From assembly GCF_017876815.1 (NCBI RefSeq), contig NZ_JAGIOS010000002.1, positions 630,001 to 662,000 on the forward strand: a stretch of 32,000 nt of DNA, read 5' to 3'. Shown here piece by piece: positions 16,473-24,127 of the stretch; position 1 is the stretch's first letter; each line of letters starts with the position of its first letter. The notes under the pieces are model-generated. The model did not search any database. It saw only the letters and a list, made by a program, of their open reading frames with translations, and was not told the DNA's origin. This stretch comes from Sinorhizobium meliloti (GTDB lineage: Bacteria; Pseudomonadota; Alphaproteobacteria; Rhizobiales; Rhizobiaceae). The translations under genes were made by a program, and so were the position numbers.

Positions 16473-17203
16473 TCAGCCGAACGGCTTCAGCTTCAACCGG
16501 CTGCGATGATCCTCCGGCCCGTTACGCCCGGCCGGGCACACTCCGCGGAAATACGACTTCTGCCACTTTTCCCGTACCGCATCGGAGTTCGGATCGTTCA
16601 GCCCCCTATTGAAGCTGTTCCGGCTGCCCAACCACGCTTTATACTCGCCTTCGAGCTCCGGATTTTCCGACAGTTTGCGCATTTCCGGCGTGACGGCCTC
16701 GAGCCCGCCGCGCGAAACAGGAAAGATGTGACAGATCGGCTCGCCCGCTTCGAACGGGCGCCTAGTGCCCTGCCCGGGTGAACCGCCAGTTCATGGTGAA
16801 TGTGTAGGGCGACCAATCCGTCTCGATGATACCGTCAGCGCTGCGATGCCGTCCTTCGGCCTGTTCAACGGTCCCGTCACGAATAGGTCGGTTCCGCTGT
16901 CCGTCTTGAACAGGCAGGGCATGTGAAAGGTCAGCGTACCGCTTCCGAAGTGGCTGACGGCCGGCGCATGCGTGACCGGATCCGGTCGGTTGCGAACGGC
17001 ATTCTCCCGTTCGCCTCCGTCCCACACCGCGGAAAACCGGCCGCATTCAGAATTTCCCACCCATGCGCATTCGCGATATTCAAGGGCAGGCAGCGATAGG
17101 CAAAGCGCTGGTTTGTCCCGTTCATCCACTCCCGCTCCAGGGGAGCGGGGCGGATGGTCATCTCATGTCCGTCGATCACATAGACCCCGGTCCGAGCATC
17201 CAT
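16473..17203 (-). pseudogene. Frameshifted conserved hypothetical gene (recalls the DUF6065 family, from memory) split over four frames
   Basis: The continuous protein MDARTGVYVIDGHEMTIRPAPLEREWMNGTNQRFAYRCLPLNIANAHGWEILNAAGF | SAVWDGG..HFGSGTLTFHMPCLF..NRPKDGIAALT | GIIETDWSPYTFTMNWRFTRAG | ..FEAGEPICHIFPVSRGGLEAVTPEMRKLSENPELEGEYKAWLGSRNSF.. is recovered only by switching frame. The switches are at about 17033-17036 (A4 run), about 16832-16833 (CC run) and about 16755-16766. Confidence 0.75.
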
Positions 17204-17555
17204 CCATTGTCGAACCTGAACGGGTAACCCGCCTCGACGGAAAAGGCGACAGAGTTCCCGGATGTGTCGGCCCCGATGCCCCGGTCGGAGCTCAAGCCCC
17301 CATGAGCCATGAGTACATTCCTATACTGTCCACATACCAGCCGTCCTCGCCGATATGGGTCCAATAGGCGCCGATCGAACTCGCATGGAGGTCGATCGAG
17401 CCCACCTCGAACTGCAGTCTCCCGAGAGTATTGCCTCCGTTCGAGCCCGAAGTGCCGGTATAGGCATCGAACAGCCCAACACGATCCTGGCTTCCGTCGT
17501 CGTGCAGGGCGCCGATCAGGTCCTGACCGGCTTGAAGTCCCCATAGATCTCCCGA
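17176..17555 (-). pseudogene. Autotransporter beta-barrel domain remnant (truncated at both ends, one frameshift)
   Basis: ..DLWGLQAGQDL..RVGLFDAYTG..SSIGAYWTHIGEDGWYVDSIGMYSWL | ..SSDRGIGADTSGNSVAFSVEAGYPFRFDNGWMLGP resembles the middle of an autotransporter translocator domain. There is no signal peptide, passenger domain or C-terminal strands. The upstream end abuts the glnII terminator. Confidence 0.6.
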
Positions 17556-17573
17556 GAAGGAATGGGAATTCGC

Positions 17574-17608
17574 AAATAAAAATGGCGCCGGCAAACTGGC
17601 CGGCGCCA
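17574..17608 (-). terminator. Rho-independent terminator of glnII
   Basis: On the minus strand: stem GGCGCCGGC / GCCGGCGCC (17599-17607 / 17584-17592), 6-nt loop, then ATTTTTATTTG. It lies 55 nt past the glnII stop. Confidence 0.75.
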
Positions 17609-17662
17609 CGAAGATTTTACGGTCCCGCGCGCTTTAAGGTCAAGCGGACGTCCGGCAAGAAA

Positions 17663-18697
17663 TCAAGCGACCTTGGCAACCGCCGTCGGCACGCTCGAGA
17701 TCGTCTTCAGGATGACCGAAGCGATCTGGTAGGGGTCGCCCTGGGAGTTCGGGCGGCGATCTTCGAGATAGCCGCGATAGCCGTTGTTGACGAAGCTGTG
17801 CGGAACGCGAATGGAGGCGCCGCGGTCGGCCACGCCGTAGCTGAACTTGTCCCACGGCGCCGTCTCGTGCTTGCCGGTCAGGCGCAAGTGGTTGTCCGGG
17901 CCATAGACGTTGATGTGGTCGTGCAGGTTCTTCTCGAAGGCTGCCATCAGCGCTTCGAAATAGTCCTTGCCGCCGACTTCGCGCAGATAGGCAGTCGAGA
18001 AGTTGGCGTGCATGCCGGAGCCGTTCCAGTCCGTGTCGCCGAGCGGCTTGCAGTGGAACTCGACGTCGATGCCGTATTTCTCTGTTAGGCGCAGCAGAAG
18101 ATAGCGCGCCAGCCAGACTTCATCGGCAGCCTTCTTGGAGCCCTTGCCGAAGACCTGGAATTCCCATTGGCCCTTGGCCACTTCGGCGTTGATGCCTTCG
18201 TGGTTGATGCCCGCGGCCAGGCAGATGTCGAGATGCTCTTCGACGATCTGGCGCGCGATGTCGCCGACATTCTTGTAGCCCACGCCGGTGTAGTACGGGC
18301 CCTGCGGCGCCGGATAGCCCTGCTCCGGGAAGCCCAGCGGGCGGCCGTTCTTGTAGAAGAAGTATTCCTGCTCGAAGCCGAACCAGGCGCTTTCATCGTC
18401 GAGAACCGTTGCACGGGTATTCGACGGATGCGGCGTCTTGCCGTCCGGCATCATGACCTCGCACATGACCAATGCGCCATTCGTGCGGACCGGATCGGGA
18501 TAGACGGCAACCGGCTTCAGGACGCAATCGGAGCTGCGCCCTTCGGCCTGTTGCGTCGAGCTGCCGTCGAAGCCCCAGAGGGGAAGCTGCTCGAGCGTCG
18601 GAAACGCGTCGAATTCCTTGATCTGCGTCTTCCCGCGGAGATTTGGGACGGGCGTGTAGCCATCGAGCCAGATGTACTCGAGCTTATACTTGGTCAT
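17663..18697 (-). CDS. glnII: Glutamine synthetase II (eukaryote-like GSII), 344 aa
   Basis: MTKYKLEYIWLDGY..LPLWGFDGSSTQQAEG..FGFEQEYFF..GINAEVAKGQWEFQV..NGSGMHANFS..RLTGKHETA..ADRGASIRVP are hallmark GSII motifs along the full length. Confidence 0.97.
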   Translation of the reverse strand: MTKYKLEYIWLDGYTPVPNLRGKTQIKEFDAFPTLEQLPLWGFDGSSTQQAEGRSSDCVLKPVAVYPDPVRTNGALVMCEVMMPDGKTPHPSNTRATVLDDESAWFGFEQEYFFYKNGRPLGFPEQGYPAPQGPYYTGVGYKNVGDIARQIVEEHLDICLAAGINHEGINAEVAKGQWEFQVFGKGSKKAADEVWLARYLLLRLTEKYGIDVEFHCKPLGDTDWNGSGMHANFSTAYLREVGGKDYFEALMAAFEKNLHDHINVYGPDNHLRLTGKHETAPWDKFSYGVADRGASIRVPHSFVNNGYRGYLEDRRPNSQGDPYQIASVILKTISSVPTAVAKVA

Positions 18698-18792
18698 TAG
18701 CGAATCTCTCTAACGTGGTGCTGCATGGTTTGAGCAAATCCTGCCGGGTTCAGCGCTACACACGCTCAACCGCCAGGGATCGATTACCCTGA

Positions 18793-18808
18793 AGCATCAA
18801 GCGTGCCA
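18793..18808 (-). promoter_or_regulatory. Sigma-54 (-24/-12) promoter of glnII
   Basis: The minus strand reads TGGCACG-CTTG-ATGCT, against the consensus TGGCACG-N4-TTGCW. GG and GC have the correct spacing. It lies about 95-110 nt upstream of the glnII ATG. glnII is a known NtrC/sigma-54 target in rhizobia. Confidence 0.65.
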
Positions 18809-19260
18809 GTTGGGCGGCTGGAGAGACTCTTTTTTCGGCTTAAGGCACCGCGGCGACGCGAATCGGCGGGGACGCACCCCGCGGACGCAGCCGGAAAGAA
18901 TCGTCGGCATTGCTGCGCAAAGCCCGGCATTTCTCCGCGGTTCGGGGCCGGCCTGGGTAGAAAAACATGCAGCAATTCAAATCGATACCGCGGTCTCCTC
19001 GCTTCCGGAAAGGTGGCCGGAGCCGCCTCTCCTGCGCATCCTTTTCGGCGTCCGCGGCCTGAAAATTCCTGCCCAAAAATTATTGAGCAGGCGCCGCTGC
19101 CTAAAAAATCGCACTCGCGGCCGTTGCATCAGTAAATGCGTCGGAGAATGCTCGCAATTCCGGCACGGAATTGAACGAAATTTCGGCAATTCGCGTAAAT
19201 CATGTGCAAATCCCGCCTGGTTGCACTATGTTTCTCCCAGAACTCACGGGAGACCAGAGC

Positions 19261-19446
19261 ATGGCCACAAGTCTTTACGGCAAGTCTGCGACGATCCTGA
19301 AGTTTCCGGCCGCTGTGTCGCGGAAGGCCGAGGAGCGGCGTTCCGAAGCCCAGCGCAAACTGGATCTCGCACCGTCGGACGTGTGCGCCGCCGTCGATGG
19401 CTGCTGGTATCACGAAGAAGCCCTGAGCGACGAAACAAAGCACTGA
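19261..19446 (+). CDS. gstI: Small protein, 61 aa, divergent from glnII; candidate GstI-like GSII translational inhibitor (DUF2735-like)
   Basis: MATSLYGKSATILKFPAAVSRKAEERRSEAQRKLDLAPSDVCAAVDGCWYHEEALSDETKH. ATG at 19261 follows GGGAGA. Size, divergent orientation and distance to glnII match the gstI-glnII arrangement described in Rhizobium leguminosarum. The symbol is assigned by synteny, not by alignment. Confidence 0.55.
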   Translation: MATSLYGKSATILKFPAAVSRKAEERRSEAQRKLDLAPSDVCAAVDGCWYHEEALSDETKH

Positions 19447-19468
19447 GCGGGGCGGTTATTCCCGCTCA
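19444..19468. terminator. Hairpin shared by the convergent small ORF and HAD gene (possible bidirectional terminator)
   Basis: 8-bp stem TGAGCGGG / CCCGCTCA with a 9-nt loop. The stem embeds both stop codons (TGA 19444-19446 and TCA 19466-19468). No U tract. Confidence 0.35.
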
Positions 19469-20140
19469 CCGTCGCCCGCCGACCTCGTCGATGTGGTGCA
19501 GCATGTCGGCCGGGTCGTCGAAAATGCGGTAGGCACCGGCTTGCCGCAGTTCCTCATGTCCGTAGCCTCCGCTCAGCAAGCCGATGGCCAAGGCACGGCA
19601 GCGCACCGCCGCCAGCATGTCCCAGATACTGTCGCCGACCACCACTGCCGTCTCGATCGGAGCGCCCAGCTGTTCGGCGGCGGCGAGAAAGAGATCCGGA
19701 TCGGGCTTGGCATATTTGACGACGTCTCGTGTCACGACCGGCACTACGGCCGGATCGACGCCGAGAGCGGCGAGATTGACGGCGGCGGTCTCCATCCGCC
19801 CGCTCGTGGCGATCGCATAGGAGATCTTCGCATCGGTGAGCCACGTTAGAAGCTCGCGCGCGCCGGGCAACGGTCTTATACTGTCCGCCTGCCGCCTGTA
19901 GGCCTCGGCGTGGCGCTGACGCAATCGCGCAACCCTGTCACCGCTGATTTCCATGTTCGTTTCGCGCAGGAGCTGGTCGGTGAAGAGGCCGCCGCTCATG
20001 CCGATCTTGCGATGGATGCGCCAGACCGAAAGGTCGATCCCTTCTGCGTCGAGGGCTTCCTTCCAGGCAAGCACGTGCTGGTAGACGCTGTCGACGAGTG
20101 TGCCGTCCAGATCGAACAGGAAGACGGGTTCGATGCGCAT
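19466..20140 (-). CDS. HAD-superfamily hydrolase, subfamily IA (phosphatase / beta-phosphoglucomutase-like), 224 aa
   Basis: Motif I FLFDLDGTLVDS, motif II ATSG, and motif III-IV K..(n)..VVGDSIWD. ATG at 20140 follows GGGAGA. Confidence 0.88.
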   Translation of the reverse strand: MRIEPVFLFDLDGTLVDSVYQHVLAWKEALDAEGIDLSVWRIHRKIGMSGGLFTDQLLRETNMEISGDRVARLRQRHAEAYRRQADSIRPLPGARELLTWLTDAKISYAIATSGRMETAAVNLAALGVDPAVVPVVTRDVVKYAKPDPDLFLAAAEQLGAPIETAVVVGDSIWDMLAAVRCRALAIGLLSGGYGHEELRQAGAYRIFDDPADMLHHIDEVGGRR

Positions 20141-20292
20141 GCTCTTTCTCCCGGTAACGGCCTTCGCGCGTCCGATCGGACGCGGGCCATGGCGCCGTCA
20201 CCTGCGGAAATATGGGTCAGGTTTCGCAGCCGAACAGACAGCCTGTCTACTTTTCCTTTGCGAACCTTGATCGCGTCTGCGTGCAAGTGCAA

Positions 20293-21357
20293 CTATCCCA
20301 TCGCATGGCGGATGGTTCTCGAAATCCGGGTGAGGAAAGCCGGCCGCGAGGACGCGACGAGCTTCCATGAAAGGACCGCCTGCGCCATGCGCCGCGGTAG
20401 CAGCCCGACGGAGACGAACCAGGCTGCCAGCATGGCACGACGGCGCAGCGAGACGTTCATCTGCATGCTGGCGACGGCACCGTGAGCGGCGAGGCCGAGC
20501 CTCGAATCCGCAGCCACCGGATGGCGCCCGCCGTCCACGCAGAGGGATGCAAGACGCTCCTCCAGATGCACCGGATCGCGCAGGTTCGCTTTGGGCGAAA
20601 CCGATAGACCGACATCGGCCGCCTGTTCGTTGAGGGCATGCAGCCGGTGAAAATCGTGCTCCACCCTCCAGCGCGCCCTCTGCCCGAGTTTTTCGGCGAA
20701 GACGGAATGATTGCTGCCGTGCATCCGGTAGGCGCCGAGGCAGGCTTCGAGCGACGTCACCTTTCCGTAGAGCGGGGCGAGCGTGACAAGGTAGCCGTCG
20801 GCACCCTGCCGGAACTCGGCTTCCGGAACCGGCATGATGACATCGAGAGCCGAGCGTGCAAAGGCCAGTCCGCTGGTGACCGTCGTCTGGTATCGTGCGC
20901 GGCGCGCCAGTTGCGGCGTTACGTCACCGGAGTCGAACGGGACCTCCGGAGGCGGGAAGATGTCCTTGACGCGCAGGTCCTCGTCCACGAGGTGCAGCCG
21001 GAACTGCGTCTGGGCCGTGTCGTCGCTCCATTGAGCAAGCAATTCGGAAACGGCGGCCGGGTAAAGATAGTCGTCGGCGTCGAGGAAGAGAACGATCGCC
21101 CCACGACTTGCCGCAAAGCCGGTGTTGAAAGCAGCTGCGTGACCGCCATTTTCCTCCCGCAGGCGGGCCTTGATCCGCCCGCCGTAGGACGCGATCACCT
21201 CCGCCGACCCGTCGGTCGACGCATCGTCTACGACGATGACTTCGACCTTCGCGTAGTCCTGGTCGAGGGCACTGTCGATCGCGCGGCTCAGGAACCGCGC
21301 ATAATTGTAATTCGCAATGATGATGGAGACAGGAAGATGGTCTCGGATGGAATGCAT
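20293..21357 (-). CDS. Family-2 glycosyltransferase, 354 aa
   Basis: VSIIIANYNYARFLSRAIDSALDQDY..VEVIVVDDASTDGS and the DxD-type FLDADD motif are typical of the GT2 GT-A fold. The C-terminal 150 aa or so are not recognisable. Confidence 0.88.
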   Translation of the reverse strand: MHSIRDHLPVSIIIANYNYARFLSRAIDSALDQDYAKVEVIVVDDASTDGSAEVIASYGGRIKARLREENGGHAAAFNTGFAASRGAIVLFLDADDYLYPAAVSELLAQWSDDTAQTQFRLHLVDEDLRVKDIFPPPEVPFDSGDVTPQLARRARYQTTVTSGLAFARSALDVIMPVPEAEFRQGADGYLVTLAPLYGKVTSLEACLGAYRMHGSNHSVFAEKLGQRARWRVEHDFHRLHALNEQAADVGLSVSPKANLRDPVHLEERLASLCVDGGRHPVAADSRLGLAAHGAVASMQMNVSLRRRAMLAAWFVSVGLLPRRMAQAVLSWKLVASSRPAFLTRISRTIRHAMG

Positions 21358-21795
21358 CGCAGTGAACCTCGCTTTTCGGCTTTGGTCGCGGCGAACCTTC
21401 TCATGCAGGTCCTTGAGGGTGATGCCCGTCCCGAAAGCACAGCCTCTCGGGCTGCGGTGAAGACAACGGCGCAGTTGCGCCGGGGCGGGCGGCGAAGATC
21501 GTGCTCGATCCTGCGTGAGCCTCCCCAGTTTTGTGGCATTTGAGTGACCGCCGCAGCGGCGGCACGCCGTTCTGCAGCCTTACCGTGCCGATGATCGAGC
21601 CTATGCCCGGATAGGCAGCAAAGTGACCTCGGTTGACGCGCCTCCGGCGGCTGATATACCAGTTCTGCAGCCAAAATGACGCAGGGAGGAAGCCGCGTGG
21701 ATGCCAGACACCCCAAATACGTGACGGTGATTGCCACGCGATTCACGGCGCGAGGCGCAACATCGCAGCCCGCGAACGCGATGCCGGTCGCAGGC

Positions 21796-21840
21796 AAAGG
21801 ACAAGCAGGCACAGGACAAGCAGTTACAGGACAAGCAGGT
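21796..21840. repeat. Tandem 15-bp repeat x3 immediately upstream of the oxidoreductase gene
   Basis: AAAGGACAAGCAGGC / ACAGGACAAGCAGTT / ACAGGACAAGCAGGT, with 12-13 of 15 positions identical. It ends 24 nt before the ATG at 21864. Confidence 0.85.
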
Positions 21841-21863
21841 CCCGGAAAAGGATGGGCCTTCTG

Positions 21864-23327
21864 ATGCGGCTTTCGAGAAAGACGATCGACAGCCTGCCGC
21901 GCACCGTCAAAAGGCCCCATTACGACCTCGGGACAGTCACCGTCGGCATCGTCCACCTCGGCATCGGTGCCTTTCATCGCGCGCACCAGGCCGTCTACAC
22001 CGATGCGCTGCTCTCCGAGGATCCGTCCTGGGGCATCTGCGGCGTCTCGCTGCGCAGCCCGGAGACGCGCGACGCGCTTCAACCGCAGGACGGGCTCTAC
22101 ACCCTCGCCGTCCAGGACGGCGAGGGCTCCGACCTCAGCGTGGTCGGCAGTGTCGTCGAGCTCCTTTGCGCGCCGGACGACCCGGAAGCCGTCCTTCGCC
22201 GCATGGCGGATCCCGGCACACGGATCGTGTCGCTGACGATCACCGAGAAGGGCTATTGCCATAACCCGGCAACCGGCACGCTCGACGAAGGCCACCCGGA
22301 CATCGTCCACGACCTCGCAAACCCCGCGCGGCCGCGATCTGCGATCGGCTTCATCGTCGAGGCGATTTCGCGCCGCGCCGGCGCCGGAATCGCGCCCTTC
22401 ACGCTGCTCTCCTGCGATAATCTTCCGGGGAATGGCCATGTCCTGAAGCGTATCGTCACGCAGTTCGCGGAAGCGCGCGATCCCGCCCTCGCCGCCGTCG
22501 TCCGCAACGTCGCGTCGCCTTCGACCATGGTGGATCGCATCGTTCCGGCCACCACCGACAGCGACCGGAGCGCGGTCGCCTCGGCAATGGGGCTCGAAGA
22601 TGCCTGGCCGATCATGACCGAACCCTTCCGGCAATGGGTGATCGAGGAGGATTTCCCGCTCGGCCGCCCGGCCTGGGAAAAGGCGGGAGCGCTCTTCGTC
22701 CAAGACGTCTCCGCCTTCGAGTTCATGAAGCTCCGGCTTCTGAACGGGAGCCATTCCACGCTTGCCTATCTCGGCTATCTCGCCGGTGCCGAGACCGTGG
22801 CGGACGCCATGGCACTTCCGGGCATGGAAGCGTTGGTCGAAGGGTTGATGCGCCACGAGGTGAGCCCCACCCTTCCGGAACTTCCCGGCTTCGACCTTCC
22901 GGCCTATCGAGCCGAACTCCTTCAGCGCTTTCGCAATCCGGCGCTTCGCCACCGCACCTGGCAGATCGCCATGGACGGCTCGCAGAAGCTGCCGCAGCGC
23001 CTCCTCGGCTCGATCCGCGACCGCTTGCAGGCAGGGGCCGGCTATGACCGGCTGGCGCTCGGGGTTGGCGCCTGGATGCGCTATGCGCGCGGCCTGGACG
23101 AGGCGGGCCGTCCCATCGACGTGCGCGATCCGCATGCTGCCCGGATCGCCGCGCTTGTGCAGGGAATTGACGAGCCGGATCGCATCGTCGATGCCTTTCT
23201 GACAATGACGGACGTCTTCGGCACGGACCTTCCGGCGAGCGCCCCATTTCGCGCCGCGCTGATCAAGGCGCTGGATGGACTCCTGCGGATCGGGGCGGCG
23301 GCAACGCTGCGAAGCTTTCGGCGGTAA
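21864..23327 (+). CDS. Mannitol-dehydrogenase-family oxidoreductase (mannitol 2-DH / D-mannonate or fructuronate reductase type), 487 aa
   Basis: MRLSRKTI..GIVHLGIGAFHRAHQAVYTD (N-terminal Rossmann fold), ..ITEKGY.., LSCDNLPGNG, VDRIVPATT, and KLRLLNGSHSTLAYLG. The track ORF start at 21633 is upstream non-coding read-through. The ATG at 21864 (or 21852) follows AAGGA. Confidence 0.9.
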   Translation: MRLSRKTIDSLPRTVKRPHYDLGTVTVGIVHLGIGAFHRAHQAVYTDALLSEDPSWGICGVSLRSPETRDALQPQDGLYTLAVQDGEGSDLSVVGSVVELLCAPDDPEAVLRRMADPGTRIVSLTITEKGYCHNPATGTLDEGHPDIVHDLANPARPRSAIGFIVEAISRRAGAGIAPFTLLSCDNLPGNGHVLKRIVTQFAEARDPALAAVVRNVASPSTMVDRIVPATTDSDRSAVASAMGLEDAWPIMTEPFRQWVIEEDFPLGRPAWEKAGALFVQDVSAFEFMKLRLLNGSHSTLAYLGYLAGAETVADAMALPGMEALVEGLMRHEVSPTLPELPGFDLPAYRAELLQRFRNPALRHRTWQIAMDGSQKLPQRLLGSIRDRLQAGAGYDRLALGVGAWMRYARGLDEAGRPIDVRDPHAARIAALVQGIDEPDRIVDAFLTMTDVFGTDLPASAPFRAALIKALDGLLRIGAAATLRSFRR

Positions 23328-23346
23328 GGGCAAGCGAAGGAAGGCG

Positions 23347-24096
23347 ATGTTCGATCTCAGCGGCAAGACAGCTCTGGTTACCGGCGGCGGACGCGGCCTC
23401 GGCCTGGAGATGGCGAAGGCGCTTGCCGGGGCCGGCGCCTGGACGGTGATCAACGGCCGCAACGGCCAAGGTCTTGAAGAGGCGCGCAAGCGGCTCCAAG
23501 GCGACGGCATCGAGATCGGGATTGCGGCCGGCGACATAACCCGCGACGCCCCGGCGATTATCGCCGCCGCAGTCGAAAAGACGGGCGGGCTCGACATTCT
23601 CATCCACGCGGTCGGCGAACGCGATCGCCGCGGGACGGAAGCGATGGAACCGCACGAATTTGCGGCTCTGTTGAACACCGACCTGACCGCGGCCTACGCC
23701 GTGGCAAAGACCGCCCTTCCCTATCTCAGGCGTTCCGCGGCCGGGCGGCTGATCTTCGTGACCTCGATCGCCGCCTTTGCGGCGCGGGCCGGCGATCCCG
23801 CCTATACGGCGGCGAAGGGCGGGCTCGCCGCATTGACGCGCTCGCTCGCGGTCGAACTCGGCGCCGACAATCTCACCGTCAACGCGATCGCGCCCGGCTG
23901 GTTTGCAACCGAGACCAATGCGCATCTCGCAGCCGATCCGGCGCTCAAAGCCTTCGTCGACATCCGCATTCCGCTGAAGCGCTGGGGGCGGCCGGAGGAG
24001 ATCGCCCCCGCCGCCGTCTTCCTCGCCTCGCCGGCCGCGAGCTTCGTCAACGGAACCACGCTCACCGTCGACGGCGGGATGACCGTGCAGATGTGA
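23347..24096 (+). CDS. Short-chain dehydrogenase/reductase (gluconate-5-DH / KduD-like), 249 aa
   Basis: TGGGRGLG cofactor motif, NAG-like HAVG, and catalytic S..YTAAK. ATG at 23347 follows GAAGGAAGG. Probably co-transcribed with the preceding oxidoreductase gene. Confidence 0.9.
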   Translation: MFDLSGKTALVTGGGRGLGLEMAKALAGAGAWTVINGRNGQGLEEARKRLQGDGIEIGIAAGDITRDAPAIIAAAVEKTGGLDILIHAVGERDRRGTEAMEPHEFAALLNTDLTAAYAVAKTALPYLRRSAAGRLIFVTSIAAFAARAGDPAYTAAKGGLAALTRSLAVELGADNLTVNAIAPGWFATETNAHLAADPALKAFVDIRIPLKRWGRPEEIAPAAVFLASPAASFVNGTTLTVDGGMTVQM

Positions 24097-24127
24097 GGAC
24101 GGTGCGTGCCGGCAACCGGGGGGAGCC

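Noticed and set aside
19156-19172. Sigma-54-like CGGCACGGAATTGAA and inverted repeat AATTCCG-GCA-CGGAATT upstream of the small ORF
   Set aside because: The GC of the -12 element is missing at the required spacing. The inverted repeat is real, but too short to assign a function.
18810-19532. 240-aa plus-strand ORF (and the 110-, 78-, 70- and 63-aa ORFs) in the glnII upstream region
   Set aside because: Extremely Arg-rich with no codon bias. It crosses the sigma-54 promoter and AT-rich regulatory DNA and is out of frame with the supported 61-aa ORF.
21601-21834. Cys-rich 77-aa minus-strand ORF (MSCNCLSCACLSFAC..)
   Set aside because: The Cys-rich N-terminus is just the reverse translation of the 15-bp tandem repeat. 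There is no SD and no coding bias.
21796-21840. Possible CRISPR array
   Set aside because: There are only three contiguous 15-bp units with no spacers and no cas genes, so this is a simple tandem repeat.
21288-23678. 796-aa ORF on the minus strand, the longest on the track
   Set aside because: It lies exactly antisense to the mannitol-dehydrogenase-family and SDR genes, which have clear motifs. The product is Arg/Ala/Pro/Gly-rich with no recognisable domain. This is a typical shadow ORF of high-GC DNA.
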